In this document: piece by piece, positions 39,238 to 49,161 of the stretch
How positions within the stretch are numbered: the first letter of the stretch is position 1
How the letters are laid out: each line of letters opens with the position of its first letter
From: Octopus sinensis
Taxonomy: Eukaryota
Direction of reading: 5' to 3'
Assembly (NCBI RefSeq): GCF_006345805.1
Contig: NW_021834354.1
Coordinates: 1 to 49,161, forward strand
Length of the DNA stretch: 49,161 nt
Program-made: the position numbers and the translations under genes
Notes under the pieces: generated by a model
Seen by the model: only the letters and a program-made list of their open reading frames with translations
Told to the model about the DNA's origin: nothing
The model's database searches: none

Positions 39238-39710
39238 TAACGATTAAATAATTAAATTTAGAAAAATTAGAAGAAAAGTTTTTTTAAAAGAATGTTTCTA
39301 TAGTAGTGTTCAGATATAAGTAGCATTCTGCCTTTCTCTGACTCCCTTGTTTGCACTTGTGTGTTCGAGGTCGTATATATATATATATATATATACACAT
39401 ACAAATAAGAAAATGGAAAAACAAATTTAGTTTGTTCATCAACTTTCGGATATTATAATGTTGGATTATTTATTCATTTAACATAATGAGAACATTATCC
39501 AACAGTATATTGGATAAATGCTATCCCATAGTGGGTTACACCCGTAACCCCTATCTTACTTTGTACTATATATATATATATATATATATACATATATATA
39601 TAAAACACAAGTAGACCCGTCTTTCTATTTATAGTCCCTCCGACCCCGACTTTGGTCTCCCCCCTCGATCCCCTGTTGTTATCTTTGTGTGTGCTAGGAG
39701 TCGAAAGAGA

Positions 39711-39782
39711 CTGTGGTGGCGGCGACGGGAGGGGCTGTGGTGGCGGCGACGGGAGGGGCTGTGGTGGCGGCGACGGGAGGGG
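39711..39782. repeat. 24-bp G-rich tandem repeat x3
   Basis: CTGTGGTGGCGGCGACGGGAGGGG in three identical copies. Confidence 0.95.
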
Positions 39783-39989
39783 CTTTGACTGATATGGGTG
39801 AAGTGAGGGTCAAGGGTTAGTGCGTCACGTGATACCTGCTATCTCTATAGAAACCGTATATAAACAGACTAATTAGTGGATAAATGTTGTTTTTGTAACT
39901 TGTTATTTAAGACGATTGGAGAAACGTGATGACAACCATACACTAGCACACACACACACACACACACACACACGGACACACACACACAC

Positions 39990-40051
<62 letters not shown>

Positions 40052-40221
40052 CACGGACACACAAACACTTTCTCTCTCTCACGCACACACATCCACGCTA
40101 TGCGTACTATTACACACATATATATGTTTGTAGTCTCTCTCTCCCTCTCTCTTTATCTCTATGGATATGTGTGTGTGTGTGTGTGTACCTACATACGCAC
40201 ATACATACAAAGATGCACACA

Positions 40222-40880
40222 TACGTGGTCATATCAAAAAGTTCCCGGATTAGTTATGTTTAATAAAAAAATTATTTATTTACCTAAGTTTTAACTTAAT
40301 CTCCTTCGAAATAATCACCTTGCGCAGCAGTACACCAGTGCAACATTCGTGTCACTTTCGGAATCTAGCCTGGGAGTCTAGGATCTTCTGCGATTCGCTC
40401 TTGAACTCGACAACGGTGTTTAAACGGCGATCTTTGAGATGTATTTTCATTTTGGGGAAGTGATGGACGTCCGAATAGGGGGGACGCGGAAGCGATGCCA
40501 TGTTGGATTTGGCGAGAGACTCACGAGTGAGGAGAACTCGGTGACACGATGCATTGTCATCGTGAAGAATCCAATTCTTCGCAGACGTTAGGATTTCTTG
40601 CAAGGATTCCAGACGACAGACCAATAACATCAGCAATGGTCGTTGTCTTCTGACGATCCTCATACCCAAGCTGATGAATTTTCTCCCCATTTCCGGGGGT
40701 GACGCTCGCGGCAGGGCTTCCGGATCGCTCATCGCCTTCCGGGGATGGTCTTCCGCTTTTGAAGCGCCCCTACCTCTCGAAACATTGCATACGACCCGTT
40801 GCCCCGCCGCCGTAAAAGCTTCCTGAAACATGCTCAATGTCTCAACAAAATAACCTTGGAAAACATTGAGTGAAATCATC
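40222..40880 (-). mobile_element. Internally deleted mariner (DD34D-type) element
   Basis: TIR-like TACGTGGTCATATCAAAAAGTTCCCGGA at 40222. ORF 40352-40882 joins an N-terminal ETLSMFQEAF segment to C-terminal WILHDDNASCHR..LPRPPYSD..FPKMK. Confidence 0.85.
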
Positions 40881-41046
40881 ACCGTTACAATATATTAACA
40901 TAAGAAATAAATTATGCGATGACGGGAACGGGTAATAGTGTGGTATGGAGACATGGAGACCCCTGCAAATATGGTCTTTCTTGTAGCTGGCGCCAGAGAG
41001 GCAGGGTATCAATGCCCGAGTTTGTAAAAGCAAACGGCAATGATGA

Positions 41047-41422
41047 GGCGTGGCTGTGTGGCAGGGAGTTTGCCTCCCAACCACATAGTTCCGGGTTCGT
41101 TCTCATTGCGTAATTCCTTGGAAAAGTGCTTTCTGCATATAATAAAAGGGGCCCCCGGCTGACAATAGCCTTGGGAATAGGCGAAAACTGAAAGAAGCCT
41201 GTCGGCGCGCGTGTGTGTGTGAGAGCGTCCCACCACCGCTTGACAATTAGCGTTAGCTTTTTTTACGTCCCTATAACCTAGCAATTCGGCAAAAAAGACT
41301 GATAGAATAAGTACTAGGCTAAAACAAAACAAAAAAAAAAGTACTGCAGTCGATTTATTCGACTAAAACATTCGATGTGGTGCCCCAGTATGGCCGCAGT
41401 CCCGTGAATGAAACAAGTAAAC
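41047..41422 (+). mobile_element. SINE family A, diverged full-length copy
   Basis: Colinear with 38671-39090. Confidence 0.85.
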
Positions 41423-41574
41423 GGTATAGGATTAAAAAAATCCCTTTACTTTCAACTTGTTTCAGAGAGAGAGAGAGAGCGAGAGCGAGAGAGAGAGAAA
41501 GAGGGAGGAGAGAGAGAGGGAGAGAGAGAAGGAGAGAGAGAAAGAGGGAGAAGGAGAGAGAGATAAAATACTAA

Positions 41575-41616
<42 letters not shown>

Positions 41617-42598
41617 GGAGAGAGAGAATGCTTCCTTAATGTTCTGTGCTTTTTCTTTCAAAATATAATCGATCGAGTTAACTCTTACCCCGAAATAATG
41701 GACGATCGAGTTATCTCCCCTGAAATAGTCAAACGTTAACAGAAAAATCAGTCGGAAAAGTTTGGTTTAAGAGATTTAATTTCCACTTGGAATTGTCACA
41801 CGGGTAAATAGGCGAGTGGATATAATCGTTGGTTCATTGATTGCCCATGGTCTGATGCCGTAAAAATAGCGGTTGACGAAGTCTGTTGATGGACGCCTTC
41901 CTTGAAAGTACAGTAATACCTGACTTTGCAAAAACCTGCTTTAAAAGACTCCGGGTTTACGAGTTTTGTTTTTCAGCTCACTTTTGTATGGTGAACTGGA
42001 ATTTTCCAAGCTCGAGATCCCAATCGCGAATGAAGAGCAAACGTTTCTACTACCATAACAAATGCTTCTGCGGGTTACCCAGAATTTTATGGAGTGAAAA
42101 AACGCTTCTTCTAAGCAAACAAATCCAGATTTGTTTTTTTATAAAGAAATCTACAAGTCCGTCTACGAGTGCTTGTGAATCGGCGATCGCGTCTACAAGT
42201 GATGGTGTGTGCGAGTGAAAGGGATTCAGAAAACGATAATAATAATAATATTTTATATTATAAATGATCTTGACATTCCTTTTACTTTACATAAAATATT
42301 CTTTACATTCTGCCGCTGTTTTATTGCCATTCGTTGACGAGTATTATAAATTTTATAGGTAAAATATGTTTTGGGAAACGATTTACGATTTATAACATTG
42401 CTGCTATGGGAAATTATTGCTCTGCTTTACGAGTTTTCACTTTACGAGTGGTCTCCGGAAACAAATTAATTCGTATATCGAAGCATTACTGTATAAAGAT
42501 ATGAATGGGGGGGGGGAAGAGAACCGGGAAGTGTGGGTGGGGGGATACTAATTTTAAAAGAAATATGGTTGAAATCTTATTCACAATAAGATGGTGAA

Positions 42599-42912
42599 GG
42601 TGCGTGGCTCAGTGGTTAGGGTATTTGGCTCACGGTCTTAAGGTCGTGAGTTCAAGCACTGGTGGCACAATGTGTCCTTGAGCAAGACACTTTATTTCAC
42701 GTTGCTCTACTCCATTCAGCTGGCAAAAGGGAATTGTACCTGTAATTCAAACGGGGCCAGCTATGTCACATTCTGTGTCCAACTGAATCTCCCTGAGAAC
42801 TATGTGAAGGGTATACGTGTCTATGGAGTACTCAGCCACTTGCACGTTAATTTCGCGGCCAGGCTGTTCTATTGATCGGATCAACTCATCGTCGCAATCG
42901 ACGGAGTGCCAG
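42599..42912 (+). mobile_element. tRNA-derived SINE, family C
   Basis: Head GGTGCGTGGCTCAGTGGTTAGGG..GTGAGTTCAAG followed by TGTGTCCTTGAGCAAGACACTTTA, a core segment common in animal SINEs. Confidence 0.8.
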
Positions 42913-43398
42913 TTATGTAAAATTTAATTTCATTGCAACCAATTAAGGTAAAGCGTTAATAATTGTCGTTTTCTTCTTGAGTGAATTTTCATGACACAGA
43001 AAGAAGTTTTTAGAGTTTGGCAAAGCGACGGGGGTGGGGGTGGGGGACAATTAGACAATAAGATGGCCGCCATGTTTATAGAAAGCGAATTTAACCGATT
43101 GCTCATTGGTAAATCCCACGAACTAAATGTGTTTAAGACTTGTGACGCATTTAAGCGAAAAGTGAGGGAGAGAGAAAGATTGAGAGTGAGAGGGGGAGGG
43201 AAGGAGCGTGAGGGAGAGGGAGATAGAAGGTGAGAGTGACACTGAGAGAAGGAGAGAGAGGAGAAGGAAAAGAAAGAAGGGAGAGACAGGAAGAGAGGGA
43301 GTGAGAGTGTGAGAGGGTTAAGAGAAAGAGGGAGAGTGGGAAAGAGTGAGAGAGAGGGAAAGAGAAGTAGACAGGGGGTGAGAGAGAGGTGAGCCAGA

Positions 43399-43436
<38 letters not shown>

Positions 43437-45169
43437 ATGGTGTAAGTGGTGAAACGTCGAGGTACAAGTATTTGATCGTTCAGTTTAATTCAAAGTTGAT
43501 CTTATTGAATGAGTTAGAAATCAGTGAAAGAAAATAGAAACTAAAAGCAACTAAATGCATCTCTGCAACTCATTGAAGCTGCTTCTTTATATGGAATCAC
43601 CAAAGTGCCATAAACTGAGTCTAACAACTGAACCAATGTTGAAACATCTTCACAAATATCCGTAGCACATCCAACACGACGAATTCTTTCTTTCCTCTCT
43701 CAACAAAACATAGCAAACTTTAGTAAATATATTTCAGTGTTTCAGCATTCTGCTTCCATACAAAAGGTGTTGTTTAATTGCATGTGGCAGGATCGATGGG
43801 GCGGAAGATTTTGATTTTAATTCTGTTATTAAGTCCTAATATGTCTATGACATTTAAAAGTAGGTGTAATATGCAGGACGGGGCTGGCTGTGATGACTCT
43901 CTTGACTCTGTTATTTGTGGTGGCTTTGTACGGACGCTTGTTAACCAGAAGACTCTCCATGCACCATCTTCTGTGTCAGGAGTGAAAAGAAAGTGTTGTT
44001 TGATCACAGCTATTTGTCATGCATTTGCATATCACCTGTTTTTATGAAAGTAGGTGATATGTGTGCTGTCCTTCTTTGATGAGTTTGTGTAGATCTGTCT
44101 GATACATTCAGTGTTGGCTAACCCCGCCCACATATATATATATGCTAAAGTAGTATAAGTATGTAAGTTGAAGCAAAACACTATTTATACTCCAGTAATT
44201 TACGAATTGAACTAGCTGTAAAGAATGTGTTGCATGCACAGTTTGACCTCCCCAGTTACTTAATTCTTTAGTAATATTGAGTTTATAAGAAGTGTCTTAA
44301 TGGATAGTTAAAGAGGGTACTCAGTTGCAATGGTGAAGGCCTATCAATCCAGAGATATTCAATAAATCTTAAATGGACTTTAATGGAAATTTTATTTTAT
44401 AAGTTATTGCATTTGTGACTAAAAGTTTGCTCACGTTTTATATTGATAGCTTCACTTGGACGACTGCAATCGATTAGTTTGACGTGTCACAATTTCTGGT
44501 TTTAGTGTCTCTATACCTTATATTCATACTTACTTTACAATTATATTAGGAATGGGTTTAAGTGAATGTATAGACTTGTTTAGACAAGAAAATCATACAT
44601 CATCATGATCATGATCATCATCATCATCGTTTAATGTCCATTTTCCATGCTGGCATGGGTTGGACGGTTTGACAGGAACTAGTTAGCTGGGGAGCTGTCC
44701 AGAAATTAATGCATTCATATTCAATAAACCAAGTTAATTGTTAGTTTTTTCCCTCATCCTCTCTCATCATAAACAGCCATTAACGACAGGGATGGTGGTT
44801 GAACAAAAATTAATATAAATATAGTAAAATTTCATCATAAACAATTTTTACCCCCATCCACTCCCCAAAACAAACAAAACAAAAAAAGGACAAAAAGCTA
44901 CTATCAGAATGTATCTTACAGGGATGTACACTGCAGCAAATATCGTTGTATTTCACATGTACACACACATACATACAGACATACATACACGCATACATAC
45001 ACGCATACATACATACATACATACATACATACATACATACATACATACATACATACATACATACATACATACACACACACATACATACGTACATACATAC
45101 ATACATACATACATACATACATGTACACATACATACATACATACAGACAGACAGACAATATACAAAATA

Positions 45170-45512
45170 CATTATTATTATTATTATTATTGTTGCTATG
45201 GCCGGATTGCAACCGGACCGAAGCAACAAGGTCCTCCCGTCACCCTTCTCGGTCCATCGTCACTGCGTCGAGGTTCCGGATACCTTCCAGGCCAGTGTCT
45301 GCAATCAAGATGTCGATGTCTGTGTGTCGACGTTTTCCTCTTCTTTACATCACCAGGAAGGGGGTTTCACAAGACTAATTTGGATGCTTCTATCTCAGGG
45401 TGGCGCACGCAGTGACCAGGTAGACGTAGCCAACTTTGCCCGATCTTTTCGCTAACTTTCGGCAGATCTCCATCAAGGCATTCATACGTCATATGTTGCT
45501 GCTGTTTCACGT
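45170..45512 (-). mobile_element. RTE-clade LINE 3' fragment with (AAT)n tail
   Basis: Minus strand QQHMTYECLDGDLPKVSEKIGQSWLRLPGHCVRHPEIEASKLVL*NP matches the RTE C-terminal LRLAGHCxRH..ASKLVLWEP motif, and ends in (AAT)n. Confidence 0.85.
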
Positions 45513-46626
45513 TTCACACACACACACACACACACACATACATACATACATACATACACATACACATACATAATGCATACATATATACATACATACATAC
45601 ATACACACATACATACATACATACACACATACATACATACATACATACATACATACATACATACATACATACATACATACATACATACATACACACATAC
45701 ATACACACATACATACATACATACATACATACATACATACATTACATACACACATACATACATACACTCACACATACATACATGCATACATACATACACA
45801 CATACATACATACATACATACATACATACATACATAATTACATACACACATACATACACATACATATATACATACATACATACATACATACACGCATACA
45901 TACATACATACATACATACACACATACATACATACATACACGCATACATACATACATACATACATACATACATACATACATACATACATACATACACACA
46001 TACATACATACACACATACATACATACATACACGCATACATACATACATACATACATACATACATACACACATACATACATACATACACGCATACATACA
46101 TACATACATAATTACATACACACATACATACACATACATACATACATACATACATACATACATACATACATACATACACACATACATACATACATACATA
46201 CATACATACATAATTACATACACACATACATACACATACATACATACATACATACATACATACATACATACATACATACTTACATACACACATACATACG
46301 TACATACACACACACATACATACATACATACATACTTACATACACACATACATACACATACATACATACATACATACATACGTGCATACACATACATATA
46401 TACATACATACATACATACACGCATACATACATACTTACATACATACATACACACATACATACATACACCATACATACATACATACACGCATACATACAT
46501 ACATACATACAACATACATACACACATAATACATACCCAACATAACATACATACCTACACGCATACATACATACATACATATACATACATACATACATAC
46601 ATACATACACCCGCATACATACATAC

Positions 46627-46657
<31 letters not shown>

Positions 46658-46955
46658 CATACATACATACACACATACATACATACATACACGCATACAT
46701 ACATACATACATACATACATACTTACATACATACATACATACACACATACATACATACACACACATACATACACTCACACATACATACATACATACATAC
46801 ACGCATACATACATACATACATACATACATACGTGCATACATACATACATACATACATACATACATACATACATACATACATACATACACGCATACTACA
46901 TACATACATACATACATACATACGTACATACATACATACATACATACATACACAC
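45513..46955. repeat. ~1.4 kb interrupted (TACA)n array
   Basis: Directly visible; it is the source of all HTYI/MYVC ORFs in this interval. A shorter array lies at ~44958-45160. Confidence 0.98.
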
Positions 46956-47086
46956 TCTAACACTTGGTTTTTATCCAGATTGTATTAACCTTAGTTTGTC
47001 GCTCCATCCAGTGTCATTGCTACTCCACGTCGGCTTTACCAATGGGTCCGGTGTTGTTGCAATTGGTCTCAATTCACCATCTAAGT

Positions 47087-47419
47087 CAGTGCTTCTCAAC
47101 CGGAGTCCATATAAAATTTTTGGGGGTCCACCCAACAAAATATTAGATTGTGCATCCAGAATTATATTTTAAGGGACCTTGAAAAATTTTTCATTTAGAC
47201 GTATATAGTGGTATGTATCGCAGGAAACAGCCAGGGTTTTTTCTCTAACATTTTACACAATTCAACCGAAACAAGTTAATGTGTGAAAAATAAAATAAGA
47301 ATTTTGGAAGAAATTTCCATAAAACTAGTTTTAAACCTCGAATAGCCATGGGGTGTCCACCAAAATGGTGGAATAGTAATCAAAGGGGTTCATTGATAAA
47401 AAGTGGTTGAGAACCCCTG
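47087..47419. mobile_element. Older hAT-type MITE
   Basis: TIR CAGTGCTTCTCAACC / GGTTGAGAACCCCTG. The 8-bp flanks do not match (ATCTAAGT vs AAATACAT). Confidence 0.7.
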
Positions 47420-47718
47420 AAATACATGAACATTTTTGACTGATCCCTGTTGAATGCCCTCGCGGTCGATTTTGTCTGTGGTGGTGGTCATTGTTTATCG
47501 GTTCAGCTGTTATTATGACCAAACGTCTATCACAGTTCAGTTCGATTCCATAACATTCTGGCTCGAAGTAAATATCCAGTTAACCGGTTCTAATGGCGAC
47601 TTGGCAGATATCAACCCAAAACTGGAACTGGACCTTGGCTCGACACACACGCATTCGTTCGCTTACAAAGTCAACCCAGCATACCCCCCCCCCCGACAGA
47701 ACCCTCTCTCCACCCCAT

Positions 47719-47751
<33 letters not shown>

Positions 47752-48639
47752 TCCAGCAACCAGTCGGTAGTCCGAGTAAACGTTAGGCAAGTTCATGACT
47801 CCGCCGTCTTATGACTCACTTTTACTTCCTCTTTCGTCACCTTGGTTGGTGGGAGCGGGGAAGGAGAAGAGAGGGAGGGAGGGAGAGTTTGTCGGACAGA
47901 ATTATCTGGAAATTCTCATCCAAACCTCACCAAGTAATCACGCACGCACGTTCGCTCGTACGAGGAGCAGACCCCCCCCCCTCTACCACAAACAGACACT
48001 CTTACATATACATTTGTAAGCGCTGACACACTTACTCACACACTACACGGATACACACACACAGACAAGCATACGCGTAAACACGCACGCGCAAACACAC
48101 ACACACACACACACATAAAGATACAGATCTACTTTGACAGGAATTTACACAAACAGAAAAACCGAAATGGCAGAAATGGGAAAAGGCGTTCCTCTCCACC
48201 CGCGCCAAGAAAGACTATCGCACATACTCGCGCGCGTGCACCCCACCTACACTTATACGCACACGTATGCACATACACGCACACACACACACACACACGC
48301 ATGCACTCACGCATACGCGCACACAGACGTCCACACACACACACAAAAGGCACACGCATGCACACACGTATGCACACCACACACACACACAGACACACAC
48401 ACGCACACATACACACACTCATTCGCACACGCATGCACACACATACAAGCACATACACGCATGTCCACACACAAGCACACCAGCATGCACGTACACACAT
48501 ACACACATACAATACGCCAGTGTAGTCCCACCTTCTTCCACCTCCCCATATTGACAACCCTCCTCAATCAACGCCTGAACCCCCCCTCCTCCAGCTACCG
48601 ACTCACTCATCTATCCACCTATCTACACACACCATATAC

Positions 48640-49082
48640 CCCACCGTCCAACTCTTCTTGTCTCTATACCTTTCCCTCTCTTTCAATACTGAAATTCTCT
48701 CCTTCGTTCCTGGTCCCCGCTTCATATCCGCTTTCTTCTTCTACCAACAGGTTGCAGACCCGGACCGACATCGAGCGCTTCCTGCATCGCACCAGATTCT
48801 GCTCCTTCTTAAATCGCAATTTCATTTGACCCCTGGTCTCTGATCCTGTTCAAGGCCCAGTACGAGTTTGTTAATACTAATCACCACAAATGGAACCAGT
48901 TCAGTTCCTAGAAGCATTCATTAAGACTTCACCCGCGCCGCACTCTGTTCTGTGTAATCTCCGTTACTCGGACGATTCCGTCATCAAACTAACGGACAAA
49001 GGTGGGGCCATGGCCATTTGGCGTACTGACAAGCACAAAACAGAAGCACTCCAACACCTCCACAATTCCTACTCATATCCCT
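48640..49082 (+). pseudogene. Penelope-like element ORF N-terminal fragment
   Basis: NRLQTRTDIERFLHRTRF.. followed by VIKLTDKGGAMAIWRTDKHKTEALQHL, matching the PLE DxxxFxRxxRL and IxxADKGGAxVxW motifs upstream of the RT. Confidence 0.8.
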
Positions 49083-49161
49083 TTGTTTTTAGTCCTCCCC
49101 ACCTGACTGCCAGAATTTTGAGTCCTCCGCCATCACCAGTTCTTCTCCCAGACCCCCTCAC

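Noticed and set aside
41886-42218. 110-aa ORF as a gene
   Set aside because: No recognisable domain, a TTG start, and no splice or codon-bias support visible.
45482-46963. Long ORFs up to 372 aa (also 14373-15071 and many MYVC/HTHT/IYIY ORFs)
   Set aside because: These are translations of simple repeats that lack stop codons.
46965-47085. Continuation of the RTE fragment beyond the TACA array
   Set aside because: Only a faint LDG-like resemblance, with stops; insufficient.

Overview
This is eukaryotic, repeat-saturated, apparently gene-free DNA (intergenic or inside a large intron). The microsatellite density and repeat families suggest an octopus/cephalopod genome; that is inferred from pattern recognition, not a database match. 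I found no intact protein-coding gene, rRNA, true tRNA or CRISPR array. Nearly all ORFs in the track are microsatellite artefacts or decayed transposon frames. The window holds many tRNA-derived SINEs (at least three families), decayed mariner (DD34D) and maT-like (DD37D) transposases, hAT and pogo-type MITEs, RTE and R4/Dong-clade LINE fragments, and Penelope-like element (PLE) remnants. Three signals stand out. (1) Hammerhead ribozyme motifs from several distinct families, often inside long inverted repeats, including a clean U3-A8 covariant core and one with a very long stem II. (2) An R4/Dong RT fragment with twin-priming inversion geometry. (3) R4/Dong 3' ends embedded in (TAA)n tracts. 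All alignments, translations and folds were done by eye; element boundaries are approximate unless a TIR or TSD fixes them.
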